64,000 bases of DNA, taken from assembly GCA_009103225.1 (NCBI GenBank), contig RHPI01000160.1:17860-81859 (forward strand), in the 5' to 3' direction. Each line of letters starts with the position of its first letter. Within the stretch, counting starts at the first letter, position 1. The position numbers were made by a program, and so were the translations under genes. The notes below the pieces were generated by a model that did not search any database, had not been told where the DNA came from, and saw only the letters and a list, made by a program, of their open reading frames with translations. Positions 40,702 to 50,329 of this stretch are shown piece after piece. Origin of the DNA: Chlorokybus atmophyticus (lineage: Eukaryota > Plantae > Mesostigma and Chlorokybus algae).

Positions 40702-42003
40702 GTGCAGGACCACCATATGGTGGCCACCGGCGTGGTGGAGTTCCACACATTTCGCAGACAACAGGGCATCACAGTGTTGGAGCTATTCGGAGGCATTGGC
40801 AGCGGTCTTGCCGCGGTCCTCAACACGGGTGTGAAGGTGGTCAAATACTATTACTGTGACCCAGACCCACACGCGCAAACGGTCCTCAAGCACCACCTAC
40901 GCCAATTGCACGAAAGGTATTCACATCAACTACCCCTGTCGGCGTTACAAGGTAGCCTCAAAGCCTTGCCACAAGACATCCGGCTGATCATTAAAGATCA
41001 CCTACTGTCCCTCGGCAACGTCGACCTATTGATAGCTGGATGGGAATGCCAAGGGCTCTCCAGGGTAGGCAAGGGGCAAGACCTCGAAAACTCTCGCTCC
41101 GGGTTGTTCTGGGAGCTGATGAGAATCATCCACCTCCTTCAACACCACCAGATCTCCAGACCCCTGGGGTATGTTATCGAAAATGTGCATTCAGAGGACG
41201 ACAAGCGTCCGCACGTGGCCTCCAGCTACCGACAAGTTTGCTCCATTCTGCGGCACCCACTCAAGGTGAACGCGGCACGACATGGCTCGCGCGCACATCG
41301 TGTACGTGCCAAGTGGACAAACTTGGCCACCGTGAAAGAGCTCATGACCGCAGAATACACGCGCAGCGCTCGGCCACGCAACCTGTTGGTCGATGACATC
41401 CTTGACCCCGGCCGCACAGCACAACCTGTCCTGCGTCATGACCACCACCACTTCTACCCGTGCAATCAGCCCGGGCAGCCCCGTCGCGCACTCCCCACAT
41501 TGGTGTCCTACTCGGGCTCCTACGCATTTCGGAACGGTGGTGACGGGATGGTGTTCGATGCGACCACCAACAGGCTGGAAGAACCCAACGCACGCGAACG
41601 TGAACGCGGCATGGGATTCTTCCCCAACATCATCACGGGTTCATCGCTGACAGATAGTCAGCAATGCCAGATGCTTGGTCGCGCCATGGACCAGAATAGC
41701 ATGGTATGGCTGCTGGAGCTGAGCTTCGCATTGCAGGACCGCCACGTGTCCTTCGAGGATCTCGAACACTTGGCTGGGGGGTGGGCTGATCGCGTAGCCG
41801 ACACCAAGGCAGCTCACACAGCCCTCGAGGTGGTCCACATGGAGGAGCAAGCAGCAGTGACAGTGGAGGACATTCCCGTGGTTGCCAATGCAACCTCCTG
41901 GGACCATGCCATTGGCCCGTTGGCCACAGAAGACACTCGAGAGAAGCTGGAGGCTTCCCTCAACAAATGGAGGAGCCAATTCAGCTTCAGTATGAAGGAA
42001 TAG
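40702..42003 (+). CDS. Retrotransposon-encoded C5-cytosine DNA methyltransferase domain (open frame, GTG-start call in ORF track; part of the pol polyprotein)
   Basis: Motif I VLELFGGIGSG, motif IV DLLIAGWECQGLS (catalytic Cys, with EC instead of the usual PC), motif VI YVIENV, motif VIII HRVRAKWTN, motif IX EPNARERERGMGF, motif X LGRAMD, in canonical order. It runs directly into the RT N-terminus. Confidence 0.9.
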   Translation: MQDHHMVATGVVEFHTFRRQQGITVLELFGGIGSGLAAVLNTGVKVVKYYYCDPDPHAQTVLKHHLRQLHERYSHQLPLSALQGSLKALPQDIRLIIKDHLLSLGNVDLLIAGWECQGLSRVGKGQDLENSRSGLFWELMRIIHLLQHHQISRPLGYVIENVHSEDDKRPHVASSYRQVCSILRHPLKVNAARHGSRAHRVRAKWTNLATVKELMTAEYTRSARPRNLLVDDILDPGRTAQPVLRHDHHHFYPCNQPGQPRRALPTLVSYSGSYAFRNGGDGMVFDATTNRLEEPNARERERGMGFFPNIITGSSLTDSQQCQMLGRAMDQNSMVWLLELSFALQDRHVSFEDLEHLAGGWADRVADTKAAHTALEVVHMEEQAAVTVEDIPVVANATSWDHAIGPLATEDTREKLEASLNKWRSQFSFSMKE

Positions 42004-42268
42004 GGTACATGCTCAGTGTACCAGATGGACATCGAACTGGTGGACACTGAGCCGGTGTTTCGACGGCAATACAGGCTCTCTAAGTTGGAAGAGGACTTGG
42101 TGGAACAAAGATGTAAGGCGCTGCTTGATGCAGGCCTTATCGAAGAGTCCACATCGGACTTCGCAGCAGCAACCGTCATGCCACAAGAAGGATTCAGCAG
42201 GCAATTGGAAAGAACGACGCATGTGTGGCGACTATCGCCCCCTCAACAACAAGACCAAGCAAGACAGG

Positions 42269-42692
42269 TGTTGAGAGAATTCGTACATACGATCAGCATC
42301 GACCCTCCACACAGGAGTAGAAGGTCGTAAGGACGAGCACTAGGTCCGGACTTAGCAAGATGGCATCGTCGGACCAGACTCCGGACTCCAGACTGGCGCC
42401 TTACTAACTGCTTTGTATCTCCGCGTATACTTACTCATATTGGGCGTGTAAGAGCTTGTTGGAAAGCTCTGGTTGTAAGGAAGACAACAAAGCTTAGAGC
42501 GCGTCAAAAGGCTGGGTATAGCTTACGCAGTGCTTGCAAACGTAGACGTGTGTGTAACCGGCTGGTATAAGAACCAGCGGACAACTTGTAATAGATGAAT
42601 GTGATGTGACTTGTGTATGCTCTGGTGGCGGTAGCTCTGTCCGTGTGTATCCATGCTTGCCTCAGCTACATGTGCATGCTAGTCCTTCAACA
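42269..42692 (+). repeat. Copia 5' LTR (424 bp)
   Basis: TGTTGAGAG...CTTCAACA. I found only 2 differences from the 3' LTR. Confidence 0.97.
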
Positions 42693-42704
42693 GGTTATGG
42701 GCCC
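42693..42704 (+). promoter_or_regulatory. Copia primer-binding site GGTTATGGGCCC
   Basis: Immediately follows the 5' LTR and matches the PBS type of Drosophila copia, which primes with an internal fragment of initiator tRNA-Met (from recall). Confidence 0.8.
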
Positions 42705-42819
42705 ACACTACGCTTGAGGAGTGTGAGACTAGCTTGTGTGCATAGTAGTTCTACACTACGGTAGCTTGTTGGTAGCAGAGCCTTGGGTGTCAACTGCAAG
42801 AAAGGCAGGCTCGACAGAA

Positions 42820-45800
42820 ATGGAGGCGACCTACGACAAGGGGCAGATTGCAAAGCTGGACACCGACAACTACAACACATGGTGCGTGGAGATGAAGGCC
42901 TTGCTCATCCACAAGAAGGTGTGGAAGTACGTTGATCCGAAGGCACCACCACCAACACCAGGAGCGAACACTGTGTGGTCAGAGCATTCAGCAGAAGCAC
43001 ACTCTTTGCTTGTGTTGAACAGCAAACCGCATCACTTTCCCATGCTCACTGCATGTGAAGATGGTAGACAAGCTTGGGAAAAGCTATCAGCCGTTTTCAG
43101 AGCCAAGAACAATGCCAGAAAGTTGCATCTACGCAAGCAGCTCAGCGCACTCAGGAAGGAGGCAGCAGAACCCATCACAAAGTATGTTGCGCGCGCGAGA
43201 GAGCTGTGGGCGGACCTCATCAACGTCGGCCACAACATGGGGGAGACGGAGGTAGTGCTGGCCATTGTTGCAGGGCTACCAGCAGAGTACGAGGTCGTCG
43301 CAACCCTGCTGGAGACGTCATCATCGGAGTTGACGTTGGACGATGTGCTACCGAAGCTGCTCACCGTGGAGCAGAGGGTTGTGAAGAAGGACGAGCAAGC
43401 GGATGCCGTCGCCTTCTACACCGGCAAGCACGCAAAGAAGAGCAACCATGAAGAGAAGTACAAGGGCAACAAGCCAGGCAATCCTCGTCACAAAGACCTC
43501 ACATGCCACTGGTGTGGTTGGAAGGGGCACATTGTGAAGGACTGTAGGAAGAAACAACAGGGGCAACCTAGAGCAAGCACCAGCAACAGCGGCAACGAGC
43601 ACCAACACAAGGAGAAACATGTCGCCTTCACTGCATCCAGTTCGAGGGCGGGCACAGCTTTCTGGGTGGTGGACTCTGGCTGCGATCGTCATCTCACACC
43701 AAACAAGGAGGTGATGGAGGGCTACAGGAAGCTGACGTCCACAATCAAGGTGGCGGGCTTCGGTGGCGAAGTACTGGTGGCTGAGGGAGTTGGCAACGTA
43801 CGACTCCAGTGCAAGGTTGGTAACACACTACGCGAGGTGTTGTTACGCAACGTCCTGCATGTTCCTAAGGCTATTGCGAGTCTATTCTCTGTGAGGGTTG
43901 CGGAGCGCTTAGGCGCGGAGATCCTATTTCGGAAGGGTGGCTGCTCAGTCATCCTTGATGGGGTCGTGCACATGGTTGGAATCGCTGATCCGGGAGGGCT
44001 CTACCACGTGGAGCAGCCTCAAGACAGAGACATTCAAGCCATGGTGGTGAAGGACAAGGAGTCGCCAACATTGTGGCATCGAAGGTTCGGGCATCTCAGC
44101 TACGTCAACCTCACTCGCCTTGTCGCTGAGAAGATGGTCAAGGGCATCCATCTCAGCACAGAAGAACTCAAGACAGCATCAGGTGCACTTTGTGAACCAT
44201 GCCTGGTTGCAAAGCAGCATGCTATGCCATTCCCATCATCCTCTTCTAGCAGTCAGCATCCTTGCGAGCTTGTGCACATGGATGTCTGTGGCCCTATGCG
44301 CATTGTGGCGAAGGGAGGGGCCAGGTACTTTGCTACGTTCCTCGACGACTACAGCAAGCTGTCCATCATCTTTCCATTGACGCTCAAGTCAGAAGTTGCT
44401 GGAGCTGTGCGCACAGTCGTGGCCTTGTTGGAGACGCAGTCTGGCAACAAGATGAAGGCAATGAGGAGTGATCGAGGAGGGGAGTACATCAACAAGGAGT
44501 TGAAGGAGTTCTTCGCCAGCAAGGGCATACGCCACGAGACAACGGCACCCTACACCCCGCAGCAGAATGGAGCAGCTGAACGCCTCAACAGGACACTCTT
44601 GGAGCGTGTTCGAGCCATGCTCAACGACACAAAGATGGAAGACAGTTTGTGGAAGGAGGCGGTACTCACTGCCAACTACATCCGCAACAGGTCTCCGGTG
44701 AGCTCAGAGCAGAAGACTCCGTGGGAGCACTTCTATGGAGCCACACCAGATGTGAGTGGTATGCGTGTGTTTGGATGCACGGCATATGCACTAGTGCCTA
44801 AACAGCTCAGGCACAAGCTGGAGCCGGTCAGCAAGAAGGGCATCTTCGTTGGCTATGAACCGGGTTCCAAGGCTTACAGGATCTTGCTCGAGGACACTCA
44901 AAAGATCATTGTGAGCAGAGAGGTGGTTTTCCACGAGGGATTATCACAACCAGAAGCAGACTTCTTTCCTAAAGATGAAGCACAGCCGGAGCATCCTGAA
45001 ACAGTGGAGGCTACAGGCAAGGCCATCATCGATGATAAGGGTGAGCAGGACTCTACTGTAGCAGACAAACAGTCGCACCTGCAGCAGGAGCACGCAGCTC
45101 GGAGATACCCAGTGAGGGAGAGAAAGGCACCTGACTTCTTACACAAGGCACACGTCGCCAGTGTGCAGAATGAGGAGCCAAGCACCTACGAGGAGGCATT
45201 GTTAGCACCAGATGCGGAGCAATGGCAGCGTGCTATGGACGAGGAGATTGCGTCACTCCATGCCAAGAACACTTGGTCACTGGAGCAGTTACCGCAAGGA
45301 GTGAAGACCATTCCAGTGAAATGGGTCTTCAAGGTGAAGCGTGATGGTCAGGGCAACATTGAGCGCTACAAGGCAAGACTGGTGGCAAAGGGCTTCTTGC
45401 AGCAGGAAGGTGTGGACTTCAACGAAGTGTTTGCACCTGCAAGTAAGCATACCACCTTCCGTGCACTGCTAGCTGTGGTTGCTGCTGAGGACCTCAAGCT
45501 GCATCACCTGGATGTGAAGACTGCCTTCCTCTACGGAGAGCTGGAGGAGGAGATCTTCATCGAGCAACCACCTGGATATGAAGAAGGGGAGAGAGGCACA
45601 GCGTGCAAGCTGATCAATGCACTGTACGGGCTGCGACAGGCACCGCGTATGTGGCATATCAAGCTCACCAAGGAGCTGGAGGCACTTGGCTTCATCGCAT
45701 CCTCTGCAGACCCTGGGCTCTTCATCCATGCAGACAACAAGGTCTGGCTGCTCGTGTATGTGGATGATATAATCATCACCGCCAGGCAGGTGCACCACCT

Positions 45801-46707
45801 GCAGGAGACGAAACTTGCTCTACAGCAAGCATTCTCAGTTCGTGATCTTGGAGAGGCCAAGTGGTTCCTTGGCATGGTGATTGAGCGCGACAGGACTGCT
45901 CGCACAATCAAGATCAGTCAGAAGCATATGGTGAGAAGACTCGGCACCAAGTTTGGGCTCACTGAAGCGAAGACCAAGACCACACCGTTGGCACTTGGCA
46001 CTGCCCTCATCAAGGCAAAGGATGAGGAGGTACTCAATAAGGCTTAGTATCCATATGGTGAGCTGGTAGGCAGCATGCTCTATCTGGCAGTGTGCACACG
46101 TCCCGATGTTGCACATGCTGTGGGAGTACTTGCTCGCTACATGTCTGCACCGAGCATGGAGCACTGGAGAGCAGCAAAGGGAGTACTACGCTATGTTGCT
46201 GGGAGCGCAACAGTTGGCATCAAGTTTGGGAGCGGGAGCACTGAGTTGGAGGGCTACTGCGACTCGGACTTTGCTGGTGACCTCAACAGCAGGAGGTCCA
46301 CTACAGGCTACGTCTTCAAGCTGAACGGAGGCGTGGTGAGCTGGAACAGCAGGCTGCAGCCAACAACAGCAGCATCTACATCAGAGGCTGAGTACATGGC
46401 AGCGGCAGCAGCAGTAAAGGAGGCACTCTGGCTTCGCAAGCTCATGGCAGACTTGGAGCACCCCATGGCGTGCATCGTCATCAACTGTGACAACCAAGGA
46501 GCCATCAAGTTGTTGAAGCACCCTATCGCCTCGGCAAGGACGAAGCACATTGATGTCATGCATCACTTTGTGCGTGACAGAGTCACAAGGAAGGAGGTGG
46601 AGTTTCAATACTGCAACACCGAGGGCATGCTGGCGGACTTCATGACAAAGCCATTGTCACCACTCAAGTTCAAGACTTGTTGTGCAGGACTTGGCATCTG
46701 TGTTTGA
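42820..46707 (+). CDS. Copia gag-pol polyprotein with one in-frame TAG (46045-46047)
   Basis: DNYNTW gag start, CHWCGWKGHIVKDC knuckle, WVVDSGC protease, LWHRRFGH..CEPC, integrase HMDVCG / RSDRGGEY / NGAAERLNR, RT YKARLVAKG / LDVKTAFL / YVDDII, RNase H YCDSDFAGD / EAEY / CDNQGAI. ORFs 42736-46047 and 46075-46707 share one frame. Confidence 0.95.
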
Positions 46708-46749
46708 CTACAGGAGCAAGCGTTGGAGGTCAAGCTGCTCCCGTGGGAG

Positions 46750-47173
46750 TGTTGAGAGTATTCGTACATACGATCAGCATCGACCCTCCACACAGGAGTA
46801 GAAGGTCGTAAGGACGAGCACTAGGTCCGGACTTAGCAAGATGGCATCGTCGGACCAGACTCCGGACTCCAGACTGGCGCCTTACTAACTGCTTCGTATC
46901 TCCGCGTATACTTACTCATATTGGGCGTGTAAGAGCTTGTTGGAAAGCTCTGGTTGTAAGGAAGACAACAAAGCTTAGAGCGCGTCAAAAGGCTGGGTAT
47001 AGCTTACGCAGTGCTTGCAAACGTAGACGTGTGTGTAACCGGCTGGTATAAGAACCAGCGGACAACTTGTAATAGATGAATGTGATGTGACTTGTGTATG
47101 CTCTGGTGGCGGTAGCTCTGTCCGTGTGTATCCATGCTTGCCTCAGCTACATGTGCATGCTAGTCCTTCAACA
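46750..47173 (+). repeat. Copia 3' LTR (424 bp)
   Basis: Preceded by a short purine tract GTGGGAG; near-identical to the 5' LTR. Confidence 0.97.
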
Positions 47174-47548
47174 ACAGGTACCCCATGCCTACAGCAGAGG
47201 GTATCTTCGATGATGTGGGAGACTGCACCGTCTTCAGCATCTGGACATGCGTCAAGGGTACAACCAAATCGCCATCAAGGACGAGGACAAGCACAAGACC
47301 TCCTTCTGGGGCAACCGACAGTTGTACTAATGGAAGGTAATGCCGTTCGGGCTGAAGAATGCCCCCGCCAAGTTTCAACACGTAATGGACAAGGCCTTGA
47401 AGGGGCTGGACTGCGCGCGGTGCTACATCGATGACATCCTCATCTTCAGCCGCAGCAACGAGGAGCATCTTCAGCACATCGAAGCGGTGCTGGAATGACT
47501 CAAGGGAGTGGGGATGACCGTACACCCCGACAAGTGTACCTTCTTCAC

Positions 47549-47885
47549 CCACAAGGTGCCATACTTAGGGCACATGATTATGCCCCATGGTGTGTATGTG
47601 CAGCAGGCAAAAGTAGAGGCTCTGGCAGCTATCCCTGCCCCGACAGACCTCACACGTCTGCGCGCTTTCTTGGGACTTGCCAACTACTATCGTCGCTTCG
47701 CGAAGTCCTTCACGAACCGGCGATAGTAGTTGGCAAGTCCCAAGAAAGCGCGCAGACGTGTGAGGTCTGTCGGGGCAGGGATAGCTGCCAGAGCCTCTAC
47801 TTTTGCCTGCTGCACATACACACCATGGGGCATAATCATGTGCCCTAAGTATGGCACCTTGTGGTTCGTGAAGGACTTCGCGAAG
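47549..47885. repeat. Foldback inverted duplication inside the Gypsy RT
   Basis: 47549-47692 is the reverse complement of 47721-47864 (144 bp), and 47696-47716 of 47865-47885. The ORF track shows the same peptide HKVPYLGHMIMP...LANYYRRF on both strands. Confidence 0.95.
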
Positions 47886-48271
47886 ATTGCAAGGCCCCTC
47901 AACGAGCTACTGAAGAAGGAGGTGGAGTTCGCGTGGAAGGAGCCGCAACAGCAGGCCTTCGAGGAGCTGAAGAGCAGGCTCACCACCACTCCCATCCTTC
48001 AACGTCCGGACTACGCCAAGCCTTTCATCCTTCACACCGACTGGAGCAAGCTGGGGATGGGAGCGGTGCTGGTGTAGCACGATGAGAACAGGGGGGGGGG
48101 GAGAAGGAGCGGGTGGTGTCNGCCAGCCGAAGCATCAACAGCGCCGAGGCCAACCACAGCAGCTACAAAGGGGAGTGCCTCGCTGCAGTGTGGGCCATCT
48201 CCTTCTTCCGACCTTTCCTCTTTGGTCGACAGTTCCAACTGATCACCGATCATTAGCCCCTCAAGTGGCTG

Positions 48272-50113
48272 ATGACCAACCAACATCTGACAGGGAAACT
48301 TGCTCAATGGGCCCTGCTGTTGCAGGAATACGACCTCGAGATCGACCACCGTGCTGGCCTCACCAACCAAGACGCCGATGGCCTCAGTCGCAACCCTCAC
48401 CTCAGCACCAACGACGCAACTGGAGCGCGGCATGAGCTCGTCCCTGCAGCAACAACCCCCACCATGGCAGCCATCTTTGCTGCTGCCGCGTTGCGCTCAG
48501 GGCGCAAGACCAACACCACGGCCTCAGCAGTGGCAAAGGAGATCCCTGCCCTTGATTCTACCGGCCCTACGGCAACCACACCCTTGGGAGACGCCCACGC
48601 AGCCGACATTGACGTCGATGACACAGAGCTGGCGCCCACAGACACCAGGCAGGACATATGGCAGGACAAGCCATCACTCTCCTTTCTTCAAAGTGGCCAG
48701 CTTCCCTCTGGCATGAGCGCCCGAGAGAAGGACCGAGTCAACCAACGCACCCGTCACTATCGATGGGCAGGTGACAAGCTGTATTGCCGCTTCCACGACG
48801 AAGACAAGGAAGTGCCGACACCGGGCACACGCGAGGGCATCATCACTTCCCTCCACACTGAGCTTGGACACTTCGGTGTCAAGCGTATAGTCAGCCTAGT
48901 GAGGGCACAATATTGGTGGTATGGGTTAACAAAACAGGTGCAGGGGTTCGTCAGCCACCAGCAGTGTGACATGGTGCGCGCCAGCCTCAACACGCATAGC
49001 GCCACCTTGCACCCACTCCCCATCTCCGGTCTCTTTTACCGATGGGGACTCGACATCTTGGGGGACTTGGCACCCTCAGCGCGCGGCAACCGGTACATCC
49101 TGGCCATAATCGAGCACTTCTCCAAATGGGTGGAGCTGGTACCATTACCCGACAAGAGCAGCAGGGGGGTGTCTCAAGCCTTCCTCTCTCACGTTCTCAG
49201 CCGATTTGGCAGCTGCGCCGAGGTCATCACTGACCAAGGTACTGAGTTCAGAGGGGAATTCGACACCCTCTTGGACAAATGTTACATCGACCACCGCCGT
49301 ACCTCGCGTGATCACCCTCAAGCCGACGGCCTCGCCGAGCGTACAGTACAGACCATCAAGAAGGCACTTCGCAAATACGTGCTGGAGTTTGAGAAGAACA
49401 CTTGGGATGACCACCTCCCGTGGGTGGCCCTTGGATATCGACTGTCAAAGCAGGCGGCTCTGCGGGAGTACAGCCCGTACTACCTGGTTTTCGGGCGACC
49501 ACCATTGCTCCCCTTCCGTGCGCAGCAGGAGGTGGATCGCGTCGTGAACAACCTCGACGACCCTGACTGGGTGCACCACGACATCACCACACGCGCCGCG
49601 CTTTTCGAGCGCGCCGTCCCCATGGCCTTCAACAACCTGCGCATCGCGCAGCATCGCGACACGCTGCGCTACGAGCGCGTACGCAGCGGCTTCTACAAGG
49701 AGCGCCAACGACGGTTCCAAGTAGGGGATTTTGCCTATCGCATGGCAGCCACCAAAGACACGCTTGACACCTCCGTAGGCCGCACCGTCTACAAGGTACT
49801 CAAAGTGTACCCCACAGGGGTGCTGGACCTCCTTGGTAAAAACGGAGAGAGGTTGAAGGACAACATGGTGAACTGTGCGCCATGTCACCTTCCTTACGTA
49901 GCCGGCTTCGGGCGTATCCAGCACCCTCTTCCCGCGCGCAGCACACGCTGTGAACGCTGCGGCAGCGCCAGCGACGACGCACTCATGATGCTCTGCAATG
50001 GCTGCAACACGGGCATGCATTGCTACTGCCTGGAGCCACCTTTGGATGCGATACCTATGGAGGAGTATTGGTGCGACGATTGCCGTACCAACGGCCCTCC
50101 TCACTTGCGCTAG
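48272..50113 (+). CDS. Gypsy RNase H end plus integrase with C-terminal PHD finger
   Basis: QEYDLEIDHRAGLTNQDADGLSR; partly degenerate HHCC (LHTELGHFG...HQQC); DDE core WGLDILG / ITDQGTEF / GLAERTVQTIK; C4HC3 PHD CERC...LCNGCNTGMHCYCLEPPL..IP.EEYWCDDC. Confidence 0.92.
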   Translation: MTNQHLTGKLAQWALLLQEYDLEIDHRAGLTNQDADGLSRNPHLSTNDATGARHELVPAATTPTMAAIFAAAALRSGRKTNTTASAVAKEIPALDSTGPTATTPLGDAHAADIDVDDTELAPTDTRQDIWQDKPSLSFLQSGQLPSGMSAREKDRVNQRTRHYRWAGDKLYCRFHDEDKEVPTPGTREGIITSLHTELGHFGVKRIVSLVRAQYWWYGLTKQVQGFVSHQQCDMVRASLNTHSATLHPLPISGLFYRWGLDILGDLAPSARGNRYILAIIEHFSKWVELVPLPDKSSRGVSQAFLSHVLSRFGSCAEVITDQGTEFRGEFDTLLDKCYIDHRRTSRDHPQADGLAERTVQTIKKALRKYVLEFEKNTWDDHLPWVALGYRLSKQAALREYSPYYLVFGRPPLLPFRAQQEVDRVVNNLDDPDWVHHDITTRAALFERAVPMAFNNLRIAQHRDTLRYERVRSGFYKERQRRFQVGDFAYRMAATKDTLDTSVGRTVYKVLKVYPTGVLDLLGKNGERLKDNMVNCAPCHLPYVAGFGRIQHPLPARSTRCERCGSASDDALMMLCNGCNTGMHCYCLEPPLDAIPMEEYWCDDCRTNGPPHLR

Positions 50114-50329
50114 CAGCTGAGCTCTGGAGCTAGAACCTCCCCCAAAACCCAGGGTGGGTGGCTTGTTGACTTTGTGTGCTACAGCACAGCATGTACACTA
50201 GGGAGAACACCGACTCCACCTGCCCGTACTACCCAGCAGCAGCAGACCAGCTGCGCGAAGCACTTGTCACCATAAGAGTGGGGTCATCTTTTGTTTTTGC
50301 TGCGCGTTACACAGGTGGCGCAGCAGCAT

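Larger units (their letters stand above)
42269..47173 (+). mobile_element. Young full-length Ty1/Copia LTR retrotransposon nested in the Gypsy RT
   Basis: LTRs 42269-42692 and 46750-47173 (TG...CA), TSD ACAGG at 42264-42268 and 47174-47178, gag-PR-INT-RT-RH order. Confidence 0.98.
42004..48270 (+). pseudogene. Gypsy reverse transcriptase and RNase H, split by the Copia insertion
   Basis: Before the insertion: PVFRRQYRLS...LLDAGLIEES, RMCGDYRPLN. After it: DRYPMP, MPFGLKNAPAKFQ, YIDDILIFS, LRAFLGLANYYRRF, FILHTDWSKLGMGAVL, ECLAAVWAI, ITDH*PLKWL. Several stops and frameshifts. Confidence 0.9.
35872..50113 (+). mobile_element. Decayed Ty3/Gypsy retrotransposon: gag - unknown region - protease - DNA methyltransferase - RT - RNase H - integrase - PHD finger
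   Basis: Domain order PR-RT-RH-INT is diagnostic of Gypsy. It has many stops and frameshifts and is interrupted by a Copia (42269-47173) and a foldback inversion. I could not find a matching LTR pair; 35045-35870 may be 5' LTR/UTR. Confidence 0.92.

Noticed and set aside
46045-46047. Programmed readthrough of the Copia TAG
   Set aside because: It lies in the RT/RNase H connection rather than at the gag-pol junction, and its TAG-TAT-CCA context is not the leaky TAG-CAR-YYA type; a point mutation is simpler.
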